Source: Burkholderiales bacterium
GTDB taxonomy: Bacteria > Patescibacteriota > Minisyncoccia > Phycocordibacterales > UBA9973
Direction: 5' to 3'
Length of the DNA stretch: 43,346 nucleotides
NCBI GenBank assembly: GCA_023701005.1
Contig: JAMPXW010000002.1
Coordinates: forward strand, 1 to 43,346
Shown here: positions 28,318-36,988 of the stretch, in pieces
Position numbering within the stretch: the stretch's first letter is position 1
How the letters are laid out: the number at the start of each line of letters is the position of its first letter
Translations under genes and position numbers: made by a program
The notes under the pieces: generated by a model
What the model was told of the DNA's origin: nothing
What the model saw: the letters and a program-made list of their open reading frames with translations, nothing else
The model's database searches: none

Positions 28318-29433
28318 ATGCATGATTTGGCATTATATAGAAAATACAGGCCTCAGAGCTTTAAAGAAGTCGTAGGGCAAGATCATATTGTAAAAGTTTT
28401 AGAAAGCTCTGTAGAGACAAATAAAGTTTCTCATGCGTATCTTTTTGTTGGTTCACGTGGTATCGGTAAGACATCCGTCGCAAGAATTTTTGCTAAAGAG
28501 ATAGGCGTATCAGTAAATGATTTATATGAAATAGATGCTGCTTCAAACAGAGGCATTGAAGACATTAGAGAGCTTCGTGATGGAGCTAGAGTTCTTCCGT
28601 TTGATTCTAAATATAAAGTTTACATAATAGACGAGGTGCACATGCTTTCCAAGGATGCATGGGGAGCGTTATTGAAAACTTTGGAAGAACCACCAAAACA
28701 TGTCATTTTTATTTTAGCTACGACAGAAGTTCATAAAGTTCCAGAGACTATCGTGTCTCGTTGCCAAGTTTTTACATTTAGAAAAGCTTCAGAATTAATT
28801 TCTAAAAAAATGATTTTAGAAATTTCAGAAAAAGAAGGTTTTGTTTTAGATTCTAGTGGTGCAGAATTGATAGCCATTTTAGGAGATGGATCTTTCCGTG
28901 ATGCGTTAGGCATACTTCAAAAAGTTTTAAATTTCTCTGTTGATGCTAAAGGTAAAAAAGTTAAAAAGATAAATAGGGAAGACATAGAAAAGATAACAGG
29001 AGCTCCAAAAACTATTCTAGTAAATGATTTCATCACATCTATAGCAAAGAAAGATTTAGAAAATGGAATTTTAACAATTAAAAAAGCTGCTTCAGAAAAT
29101 TTAGATATGAAACTTTATTTGAAACTTATAATAGAAAAATTTCGCATGGCTATAATATTGCGTTATGCACCTAAATTATTAAAAGACCTGTCTGCCGGCA
29201 GGGCAGGAATGGCAGGGGATTTAGGAGAAGAAGATTTAGAATTTTTGAAAAATTTAGTGAAAGAAGACCCCGAACAAAAGCCTTCGGCTTCGGACGGGGC
29301 AGGCAAGAAAGCTCATATGTTTACATCTTCTTCTTTGGGTGTGTTATTAGAGGCTTACAGCGACATAGATAAGGCTTTTATTAGTGAATTACCCCTAGAA
29401 CTCGCTTTAGTAAAAATCTTGTCAAAAGATTAA
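28318..29433 (+). CDS. dnaX: DNA polymerase III subunit gamma/tau
   Basis: LYRKYRP, GSRGIGKTS, EIDAAS, IDEVHML, LKTLEEPP, SRC. Confidence 0.96.
   Translation: MHDLALYRKYRPQSFKEVVGQDHIVKVLESSVETNKVSHAYLFVGSRGIGKTSVARIFAKEIGVSVNDLYEIDAASNRGIEDIRELRDGARVLPFDSKYKVYIIDEVHMLSKDAWGALLKTLEEPPKHVIFILATTEVHKVPETIVSRCQVFTFRKASELISKKMILEISEKEGFVLDSSGAELIAILGDGSFRDALGILQKVLNFSVDAKGKKVKKINREDIEKITGAPKTILVNDFITSIAKKDLENGILTIKKAASENLDMKLYLKLIIEKFRMAIILRYAPKLLKDLSAGRAGMAGDLGEEDLEFLKNLVKEDPEQKPSASDGAGKKAHMFTSSSLGVLLEAYSDIDKAFISELPLELALVKILSKD
29187..29207. repeat. in-frame palindromic element, family A variant
   Basis: cctgtctgccggcagggcagg (21 nt), encodes LSAGRAG. Confidence 0.8.
29268..29303. repeat. in-frame palindromic element, family A variant
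   Basis: ccccg-aacaa-aagcc-ttc-ggctt-cgga-cgggg-cagg, encodes PEQKPSASDGAG. Confidence 0.7.
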
Positions 29434-29479
29434 AATTAATTAATAGTCGTTATTAAAAAATAATTATATTAATAAACAT

Positions 29480-29662
29480 ATGATCTCACATAGTTCAAAA
29501 ATTAAAGAAAGAGCAGTAATGCTTAGGAAGAAAGGCAAAAGTTTTAGCCAGATTGCAGAGACTCTTAAAATAGGCAAAAGCACGGTTGGTTTTTGGTTTA
29601 AAAATGGTGTTGTTAAATCTAAAGCATTAAAAAAATCAACCAAAACAAAAAAGAGAAAATAA
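29480..29662 (+). CDS. small HTH protein (possibly a truncated remnant)
   Basis: LRKKGKSFSQIAETLKIGKSTVGFW helix-turn-helix with basic tail. Confidence 0.7.
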   Translation: MISHSSKIKERAVMLRKKGKSFSQIAETLKIGKSTVGFWFKNGVVKSKALKKSTKTKKRK

Positions 29663-29742
29663 GTTTGATTTTTATTAAATAAATACAATTACTATTTGTT
29701 TTTTTGTCCTTTTTAGTGTATTTTATATAAGTGTATTCTCAT

Positions 29743-29813
29743 TGGGAGATCGTCTAACGGTAGGACAGAGGCCTTTGAAGCCTTTAATCTAGGTTCGATT
29801 CCTAGTCTCCCAG
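29743..29813 (+). tRNA. tRNA-Gln(TTG)
   Basis: Acceptor TGGGAGA/TCTCCCA, anticodon arm GAGGC-CTTTGAA-GCCTT, GGTTCGATTCC. Confidence 0.95.
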
Positions 29814-29859
29814 CAGGGTTAAGTTAACTTAAAAAATTAAATATTGTGGATAACTTTTC

Positions 29860-29897
29860 TTGACTATCTATACCATATACCCTATAGTATAGGGTAT
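29860..29897 (+). promoter_or_regulatory. copper operon promoter with CsoR-type operator
   Basis: TTGACT-17 nt-TATAGT; perfect palindrome ATACCCTATA-G-TATAGGGTAT (29877-29897) overlaps the -10. Confidence 0.8.
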
Positions 29898-30185
29898 ATG
29901 AAAAAAGAAACACATACTCATGTTCACAAACATGGTGAGCCCAATACAAAAGCTCGTAAAGTTATCAATATGGCGATAGGAAGTGTCGCAAGGATTCCAG
30001 CTATGGTCGATGATGGACGATACTGTCCTGAAATTATTCAACAGATCGACAGTGTCATCGGTCTTTTACATAGTGCAAGGAAAGAATTATTAAAAGGCCA
30101 CTTGGAATCTTGTCTCGTAGAAAGATTAAAAACAGATAAAGAAGGTTCAATAAAAGAATTACTAAAAATCTACAACATGCAATAG
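29898..30185 (+). CDS. csoR: CsoR/RcnR-family metal-sensing repressor
   Basis: RYCPEIIQQ and HLESC give the Cys-His-Cys Cu(I) ligand pattern; His-rich N-terminus; ATG at 29898. Confidence 0.85.
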   Translation: MKKETHTHVHKHGEPNTKARKVINMAIGSVARIPAMVDDGRYCPEIIQQIDSVIGLLHSARKELLKGHLESCLVERLKTDKEGSIKELLKIYNMQ

Positions 30186-30223
30186 ATTCTTTAGGAATTT
30201 ATTATTAAATTTAAATAAAAATT

Positions 30224-30790
30224 ATGTCTAAAATTTCAACAATGTTAGCATTTTCTCTTATTATAGTAACAGGTGTTTTAGGGTGGGTTCTTGGGTATTA
30301 CAATACTTCTGATTATAAAATAAATATGTATGACAAAACTGCTATGGATTTTGGTCGTGCAGATAAAACATTGGACCTTCGTTATATAAATGCGATGATA
30401 GCTCACCATAGAGGAGCTATGCTTTTAGCTGAACAAGTAAATAAAGAAACAAAAAGACAAGAAATGAAAGATTTGTCCATAATGATTTTAAATGATGAAC
30501 CAAAAGCAATTGATGAACTTTATAATTGGAAAAAAGATTGGTATGAAGATACTAAAATAGTCAAAGATCCTTTAGTCGCTAATCTAGGAGCTTATGATGA
30601 AAAATTTGATTTACGTTTCTTGAATGCACTTATCGCACACCATAAAGAAGGGTTGCTCATGACAGAAGAAATAAAAACTAAATCAAGTAGAAATGAAATT
30701 CTAAATAATGCAGATGCAGTAGATACTTTTTTGACAACAACATTAAAACTCTTCAAAGATTGGAGAATAGAATGGTATAACATTAATTAA
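30224..30790 (+). CDS. DUF305 (CopM-like) protein
   Basis: Two repeats: YINAMIAHHRGA and FLNALIAHHKEG; N-terminal TM. Confidence 0.85.
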   Translation: MSKISTMLAFSLIIVTGVLGWVLGYYNTSDYKINMYDKTAMDFGRADKTLDLRYINAMIAHHRGAMLLAEQVNKETKRQEMKDLSIMILNDEPKAIDELYNWKKDWYEDTKIVKDPLVANLGAYDEKFDLRFLNALIAHHKEGLLMTEEIKTKSSRNEILNNADAVDTFLTTTLKLFKDWRIEWYNIN

Positions 30791-30798
30791 ATTTCTAT

Positions 30799-33018
30799 AT
30801 GATAAAAAAAACATTACAAATTAAAGGAATGCATTGTGCTAGTTGTGCAAGTATTATTACTAACAAAGTTTCTACTTTGAGGGGTGTAAACACTATTAAT
30901 GTTAATTTTGCGACAGAAAAAGCAAATATTTCTTTTGATGATGCTGTTGTTTCTATAGATCAAATGAATAATGGGATCGAAAAATTAGGATATACATTTA
31001 TTGATGAAATAAAAGAAGATAAAGTAAAAGATCTGCTCGCAATAAAATCAAAAATGCAATTTGTCTTACCAATCTCACTTTTAGTTTTTTTTCTTATGCT
31101 CTGGGATATCGGTGCAAAATTGTTTTATTTAATTCCAAATCTTCCTTTACCAATGTCTACACTCAATATCATTTCTATGATATTCGCAAGTATTATACTT
31201 TTTTGGATTGGACAGCCATTTTTACAAGGTGTAGTAAGATTTGTTAAATATCGTGTTGCCAATATGGACACGCTTATCGGTATTGGTACTCTTGTTGCAT
31301 ATCTTTACAGCATGAGCATCACATTATTTCCTACAATAAGAACAATATTAAAACTTCCTGAAACTACTTATTTTGATGTCACGATAGTAGTAATAGGTTT
31401 TGTAATATTAGGAAAATATCTCGAAGCTCGTTCAAAACTTCGTACAGGAGAAGCGATAGAAAAACTTCTAGACCTTCAAGCAAAAACTGCTTTACTTTGG
31501 CGGAATGACAGAGAAGTGGAAATCCCTATAAATGAAGTAAAAATAGGCGACATTCTTATTGTAAAACCAGGATCAAAAATTCCAGTTGATGGAATAATAA
31601 TTGAAGGATTTTCTTCTATTGATGAATCGATGATCACAGGAGAGTCTATCCCTGTAGATAAAAAAATTGGAAATTTTGTTATTGGTGCAACAATAAACAA
31701 ACAAGGTAATTTTAAATTTAAAGCAACAAAAATCGGATCTGATACAATGCTCGCTCAGATCATTAAAATGGTTGAAGATGCACAAGGATCAAAAGCACCG
31801 ATACAAGCTGTAGCTGATAAAATTTCAAGTGTTTTTGTCCCTACAGTTCTTCTCATAGCTTTATCTTCATTAATCTTATGGCTTAGTGTGGGTGTGTATG
31901 CATTAGGTTTTTCAAATGCACTTTCGTATGGAATAATTTCTTTTGTTGGTGTTCTCATCATCGCATGTCCTTGCGCATTGGGTTTGGCTACTCCAACTGC
32001 GATAATAGTCGGCGTGGGTAAAGGAGCAGAAAATGGTATTCTCATAAGAGATGCTGAAGCATTAGAGAAACTTAGTCACATAGATACTGTAGTCTTCGAC
32101 AAAACAGGCACAATAACAAAAGGAGAACCAGAAGTTACTGATATTATTTCTTTAGATAATTCATTTATAGAAGTAGACATACTTCGCATGAGTGCAAGCA
32201 TCGAAAAACTTTCAGAACATCCTTTAGCAAATGCTATCGTAATAAAAGCCGAGGAACAAAAAATAAATTTAGAAAAAGTTGAAAACTTTCAAAGCCTAGA
32301 GGGTATCGGCGTAGAAGGCACAATCAATAATAAATATATAACAATCCATAAGCCATTACATGATGATTTAAAAATAAATAAAATTAAAGAATTACAAGAA
32401 CAAGGGAAGACCGTCGTTATAGTTGAAATTGATAAAAAACAAATTGGTATCATTGCACTTTCAGATACAATAAAAGAAGAATCGAAAGATGCTATTGCAA
32501 AGTTACACGAAAGAAACATTAAAGTGATAATGCTCACAGGCGACAATCATCTAGCAGCAAATTATATATCTAAACTTACAGGTATAGATGTCGTCATAGC
32601 AGAAGTATTACCTCAAGAAAAAGCGCTTAAAATTAAAGAATTGCAAGATAGTGGAGCTGTCGTCCTAATGGTTGGAGATGGAATCAATGATGCTCCTTCT
32701 TTAGTGCAAGCTGATGTCGGCATAGCTATGAGCACAGGGACGGATGTGGCTATAGAATCAGCAGGCATGACTCTTTTGGGTGGAGATATTTCAAAAATTA
32801 CGAAAGCAATAAAATTATCAAAGATGACAATGAAGGGGATAAAGCAAAATCTTTTCTGGGCTTTTATTTTTAACATCATTGGCATACCTCTTGCAGCTGG
32901 ATTATTTTTCCCATTATTTGGTTGGTCTTTAAATCCTGTTTTTGCAGGACTCGCTATGGCATTCTCAAGTGTTTTTGTAGTGTCGAACTCATTACGAATT
33001 AAAACTAAAAAATTATAA
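30799..33018 (+). CDS. copA: copper-translocating P1B-type ATPase
   Basis: GMHCASC, TGES, CPC, DKTGT, SEHP, GDGIND. Confidence 0.95.
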   Translation: MIKKTLQIKGMHCASCASIITNKVSTLRGVNTINVNFATEKANISFDDAVVSIDQMNNGIEKLGYTFIDEIKEDKVKDLLAIKSKMQFVLPISLLVFFLMLWDIGAKLFYLIPNLPLPMSTLNIISMIFASIILFWIGQPFLQGVVRFVKYRVANMDTLIGIGTLVAYLYSMSITLFPTIRTILKLPETTYFDVTIVVIGFVILGKYLEARSKLRTGEAIEKLLDLQAKTALLWRNDREVEIPINEVKIGDILIVKPGSKIPVDGIIIEGFSSIDESMITGESIPVDKKIGNFVIGATINKQGNFKFKATKIGSDTMLAQIIKMVEDAQGSKAPIQAVADKISSVFVPTVLLIALSSLILWLSVGVYALGFSNALSYGIISFVGVLIIACPCALGLATPTAIIVGVGKGAENGILIRDAEALEKLSHIDTVVFDKTGTITKGEPEVTDIISLDNSFIEVDILRMSASIEKLSEHPLANAIVIKAEEQKINLEKVENFQSLEGIGVEGTINNKYITIHKPLHDDLKINKIKELQEQGKTVVIVEIDKKQIGIIALSDTIKEESKDAIAKLHERNIKVIMLTGDNHLAANYISKLTGIDVVIAEVLPQEKALKIKELQDSGAVVLMVGDGINDAPSLVQADVGIAMSTGTDVAIESAGMTLLGGDISKITKAIKLSKMTMKGIKQNLFWAFIFNIIGIPLAAGLFFPLFGWSLNPVFAGLAMAFSSVFVVSNSLRIKTKKL

Positions 33019-33022
33019 TTGT

Positions 33023-34033
33023 ATGAAAAATTATACCTTTCATGTTTCTGGTACTCATTGCGCTTCATGTAAAATATTGATTGAAGATATTCTTAAAAAA
33101 GAAGATTGTATAAAAAATGCTCAAGTCGACTTAAAAAAAGAAATTATTCACATTAACACAAATAGTAATAATAGCCAAGAAGAATTAGCAGAAATACTCA
33201 CTGATAAAATTAAAACACACGGATATACTCTTTCTCTAGAAAAAATTATAAAAAAAGAAGAAACTGATAATACTATTTGGAAAGCAATACCAATAGGTAT
33301 CATGTTTTTAATATTATTTTTTTTACTTCAAAAATCAGGCATTCTAAATTTTGGTATTGGCGGAAAGATCACACCCATAACAAGTTTTATCATTGGTTTG
33401 ATAGCTTCTGTTTCTAGTTGTCTCGCTATTGTTGGAGGCCTTGTACTTTCATTGTCGGCTAAGGTTATACAAGATGACAATAAATCTACTAAAAAACCAT
33501 TTATTTTGTTTCATTTAGGAAGAATATTTGGGTTTGCTTTGCTTGGGGGTATACTTGGTTTTATCGGTAAAACTATCGGCATTAACTTTATATTTTCAGC
33601 AATTTTAGGATTACTTACTTCAATAGTAATGATTTTCCTTGGACTTAATCTTTTAGGAATTTTAAGAAAAAATAAATTTACACTATCAAGTAATTTATTT
33701 GCTTACTTTAGAAAAGTAGAACATACGACAATAGCCCCTATCCTTGTCGGCATAGGAACATTCTTTTTACCTTGTGGGTTTACTCAATCTATGCAGGTCG
33801 CAGCACTTTCAAGTGGATCCTTTGTTTCTGGAATGGGGTTAATGTTTACATTTGCTCTTGGTACACTTCCAGTGCTCGCTCTTCTGTCTTTCAGTTCTGT
33901 TTCATTTGCTCATTCAAATTATGCTCCACTCTTTTTCAAATCAGCAGGAATAGTAGTCATTGGTCTTGGAATTTTCTCATTTCTTTCTTTACTTGCAGGT
34001 ATAGGTATTATTAATCCTTTATTTAATATATAA
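33023..34033 (+). CDS. HMA domain + DsbD_2/TauE-like membrane protein
   Basis: GTHCASC, SSCLAIVGG, FHLGR, LPCGF, FALGTLP. Confidence 0.85.
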   Translation: MKNYTFHVSGTHCASCKILIEDILKKEDCIKNAQVDLKKEIIHINTNSNNSQEELAEILTDKIKTHGYTLSLEKIIKKEETDNTIWKAIPIGIMFLILFFLLQKSGILNFGIGGKITPITSFIIGLIASVSSCLAIVGGLVLSLSAKVIQDDNKSTKKPFILFHLGRIFGFALLGGILGFIGKTIGINFIFSAILGLLTSIVMIFLGLNLLGILRKNKFTLSSNLFAYFRKVEHTTIAPILVGIGTFFLPCGFTQSMQVAALSSGSFVSGMGLMFTFALGTLPVLALLSFSSVSFAHSNYAPLFFKSAGIVVIGLGIFSFLSLLAGIGIINPLFNI

Positions 34034-34040
34034 TAATTTT

Positions 34041-34427
34041 ATGGATAAAAAAGTTTCAATAATAATCATAAGTGCAATTATTCTAAGTATTGGAATAATT
34101 ATATTTAGTGGATCTATATTTAAGAATGTCACTGATACACAAAATAGCGTCATTAAAGATGGTATTCAATATATAACCATAGAAGCAAAGGGAGGATATT
34201 CTCCTAGGAAATCTACTGCGAAAGCAGGCATTCCAACAAAACTCATTATAAAAACAAATGATACTTATGATTGTTCACTTGCTCTTGCTATTAAATCTTT
34301 AAATTATCAAAAAATTCTTTCTCAAAATGGGGAAGAAATTATTGATATTGGAACACCTGTAGCAGGAAGCCCCCTAAGAGGAGTGTGCAGTATGGGAATG
34401 TATAATTTCGTTGTTAATTTTAATTAA
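34041..34427 (+). CDS. cupredoxin-like domain protein
   Basis: N-terminal TM, GYSP..AKAGIP, C-terminal CSMGMY. Confidence 0.85.
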   Translation: MDKKVSIIIISAIILSIGIIIFSGSIFKNVTDTQNSVIKDGIQYITIEAKGGYSPRKSTAKAGIPTKLIIKTNDTYDCSLALAIKSLNYQKILSQNGEEIIDIGTPVAGSPLRGVCSMGMYNFVVNFN

Positions 34428-34439
34428 AAAATGAGAGTA

Positions 34440-34471
34440 TCAAAAATACCCCTATTGTGGGGTATTTTTGA
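34440..34471. terminator. terminator after copper operon
   Basis: tcaaaaatacccc-tattgt-ggggtatttttga. Confidence 0.75.
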
Positions 34472-34502
34472 TTTTAAGTGATATAATTATATTAATAATT
34501 TT

Positions 34503-34634
34503 ATGAAAAAGATTAAAATTAGTTTTAAATTTTTGTGGTATGATTTTTGGATAGGAGCTTTTTATGATAGAAATTTAAAGGTACTTTATATATGCCCATT
34601 ACCAATGTGCGTGATAAGAATTTGGAAAGATTAA
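34503..34634 (+). CDS. small hydrophobic/aromatic protein (43 aa)
   Basis: Hand translation MKKIKISFKFLWYDFWIGAFYDRNLKVLYICPLPMCVIRIWKD; TG-TATAAT upstream; ends 3 nt before the next ATG. Confidence 0.65.
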   Translation: MKKIKISFKFLWYDFWIGAFYDRNLKVLYICPLPMCVIRIWKD

Positions 34635-34637
34635 AAT

Positions 34638-35168
34638 ATGGATTCATATAAATTTAGTCCAATAGAAAATGAAGAGCAGCTTATGAAAGCTATAAAATAC
34701 ACTCATATTGAGTGTTCCAGATTGTGTTATGAAGCTTTTAATAAATATCTTCCAGTCGCAGGTAATATTGGAATATTTTGTCATTATGATACTGAATATG
34801 AAGTTCTTACAAAATTAAGAAAAGGTCTCACTGAAGAATCAGACAATTGGAATCAAAAGTATTTTCGTTTATATAAACCAATTGTTATTCCTGAAGGAAA
34901 TGGAGTTCCGGGAGCAGTTTATACTTATCTTTATATCCGCCACCCAGACAAGGAAAAACCTCAAGTTGGTGATGTTGATTTTGTTTTAGGAAAAGATGAA
35001 TTCGATGAATTAAAAAATTTGTCATTAAATGGTAGTAATATTAATAATATTGATATTTTTTATCGTCCAGATCTAGATATGGTAAGATTATCTAAGATAA
35101 ATGTTGATGTTTTACCTTATATAACTACAAAAACAATAAAGGAAGTTTTAAAAAAATTATCAATTTAA
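34638..35168 (+). CDS. hypothetical protein
   Basis: 176-aa ORF in operon-like spacing. Confidence 0.75.
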   Translation: MDSYKFSPIENEEQLMKAIKYTHIECSRLCYEAFNKYLPVAGNIGIFCHYDTEYEVLTKLRKGLTEESDNWNQKYFRLYKPIVIPEGNGVPGAVYTYLYIRHPDKEKPQVGDVDFVLGKDEFDELKNLSLNGSNINNIDIFYRPDLDMVRLSKINVDVLPYITTKTIKEVLKKLSI

Positions 35169-35178
35169 CAATAAAAAC

Positions 35179-35481
35179 ATGAAAGGATTCATAAATTTTA
35201 TTAGAGAACAAGGTGTTATAGGATTGGCAATTGGTTTTATTTTAGGAGGAGCTGTGTCGAAAGTAGTCACAGCACTCGTCACGGATATCATAAATCCATT
35301 ACTTAGTGTCGTTTTAGGAGCCACAGAAGGCCTAAAAACAGCTTCTTTTGGCATAGGGAGTGCTCAGATACTATATGGAGATTTGATAAGCGTAATAATC
35401 GATTTTCTTATAATAGCTTTGGTCGTTTATTTTGGATTTAAAATGTTAGGTATTGAAAAATTAGATAAACCTAAAGCATAA
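35179..35481 (+). CDS. mscL: large-conductance mechanosensitive channel (short)
   Basis: FINFI..GVIGLAIGFILG, LVTDIINP, YGDLISVIIDFLIIA. Confidence 0.9.
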   Translation: MKGFINFIREQGVIGLAIGFILGGAVSKVVTALVTDIINPLLSVVLGATEGLKTASFGIGSAQILYGDLISVIIDFLIIALVVYFGFKMLGIEKLDKPKA

Positions 35482-35486
35482 TATAC

Positions 35487-35849
35487 ATGACAACAAGAAA
35501 TGTAAACCAAGAACACAAAGAGAAATTAACTTTTTTTGATAAAGTAGCTTTATCTATCACAAAGATGGTTGGTACTATGTGGTGTGCAATAATTTTTACC
35601 ATCATCGCACTCATAGGCTTGCCGTATGCTTTGAATAACGGGACAGCTGAGACGATAACTTGGCTAGTTCAAACATTCTTGCAACTCGTATTATTGGCTG
35701 TGGTTTTGGCAGGACAAAATCTTCAAAATAGACATTCAGAGATAAGGGCAGACGCAGATTATGAAAATAATGTGAATGTCAGAAAAGATGCAGAGATTAT
35801 TATGAAAAGATTAGACGAAATAGAAAAGAAAATTGATTCATTAAAATAA
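35487..35849 (+). CDS. DUF1003-like membrane protein
   Basis: DKVA..IT..VGT, LQLVLLAVVLAGQN, ADADYE. Confidence 0.75.
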   Translation: MTTRNVNQEHKEKLTFFDKVALSITKMVGTMWCAIIFTIIALIGLPYALNNGTAETITWLVQTFLQLVLLAVVLAGQNLQNRHSEIRADADYENNVNVRKDAEIIMKRLDEIEKKIDSLK

Positions 35850-35850
35850 A

Positions 35851-36501
35851 ATGAAAACTGTTGAACAAATATATTCCGAATATAAAATAAATTCTGGCTT
35901 GCAATTACATCAGTTAAGAACTGGTGCAGTTGCTAAAATTATTTGTGATAATTTCAAAGGAGATTTAGATAAAAAATCAATAATTTTAGCCTGTCTTTTC
36001 CACGATATGGGCAACATAATTAAATTTGACTTAAATTTTTCTCCAGAATTATTAGAACCAGAAGGAGTAGAATATTGGCAAAAAATTAGAGGAGAATTTA
36101 TAGAAAAATATGGGGAAAGTGAACATGTTGCTACAGAAATTATAGCCGAGGAGATTGGTTTGCCAAAAGAAGTTATTGATCATATAAAAAGTATCGGATT
36201 TTCTAATGCTATTAAAAATAATTTAAGTAGTTCATACGAAAATAAGATATGTAATTATTCCGATATGAGAGTTAGCCCGCTAGGAGTACTTCCTTTTAGG
36301 GAACGCGCCTTAGAAGGGAGAAAAAGATATTTAGCAAGAAAAGATAATCATGCGATAGCATCTGATAATTTTGAAGAACTTTTTAGTTCTATGGAAAACA
36401 TTGAAAAACAAATTTTTGTTAAAACTAAAATAAAACCAGAAGAAATAACAGAAGAAAGCATACAAGAAATAATGAAAGAATTAAGAAATTTAACCATATG
36501 A
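35851..36501 (+). CDS. HD-domain phosphohydrolase
   Basis: H...LFHDMG...H...YSD pattern. Confidence 0.8.
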   Translation: MKTVEQIYSEYKINSGLQLHQLRTGAVAKIICDNFKGDLDKKSIILACLFHDMGNIIKFDLNFSPELLEPEGVEYWQKIRGEFIEKYGESEHVATEIIAEEIGLPKEVIDHIKSIGFSNAIKNNLSSSYENKICNYSDMRVSPLGVLPFRERALEGRKRYLARKDNHAIASDNFEELFSSMENIEKQIFVKTKIKPEEITEESIQEIMKELRNLTI

Positions 36502-36513
36502 TATAATAAATTT

Positions 36514-36969
36514 ATGTTATCAAAAAATGGGAAAAAGATTTGTGTATATTGTTCAAAGCCCGAAATCAAAGAACGCATGATTATAAAAAATAATCTTGCT
36601 TGGGCATTTCCTACAAATATTCCAATTGTTCCAGGGCATATTTTAATATGCCCAATAAGATGTGCTGCTAATTTTAATGATTTAACAAAAAAAGAAATTA
36701 CAGCAATATTTGATTTACAAAAAATACTAAAAAAATCTTTACAAAAAACATTCAAAGCAAGGGGGTTTAATTATGCTTGGAATGAAGAAGAAGTAGGAGG
36801 CCAAGCTGTGCCTCATTTTCATTTACATATGTTGCCAAGAAAAAAGGGAGATAATGGAATTACAAAATATGATCCGAGAAAATTTCTTTATAGACCGGGA
36901 AGCAGAGAACCCTCAAAAGAAAAGGAGTTAATTTCTGTTGTAAAAATGGTAAAGAAAAATTTAAAATAG
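36514..36969 (+). CDS. HIT-family hydrolase
   Basis: CVYC, PGHIL, GQAVPHFHLH. Confidence 0.92.
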   Translation: MLSKNGKKICVYCSKPEIKERMIIKNNLAWAFPTNIPIVPGHILICPIRCAANFNDLTKKEITAIFDLQKILKKSLQKTFKARGFNYAWNEEEVGGQAVPHFHLHMLPRKKGDNGITKYDPRKFLYRPGSREPSKEKELISVVKMVKKNLK

Positions 36970-36988
36970 AGTAATTCAAATAAATAAA

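Noticed and set aside
34440-34471. Second CsoR operator (ATACCCC...GGGGTAT)
   Set aside because: It lies just after the operon's last stop with A/T tails, so a terminator is the simpler reading, though dual use is not excluded
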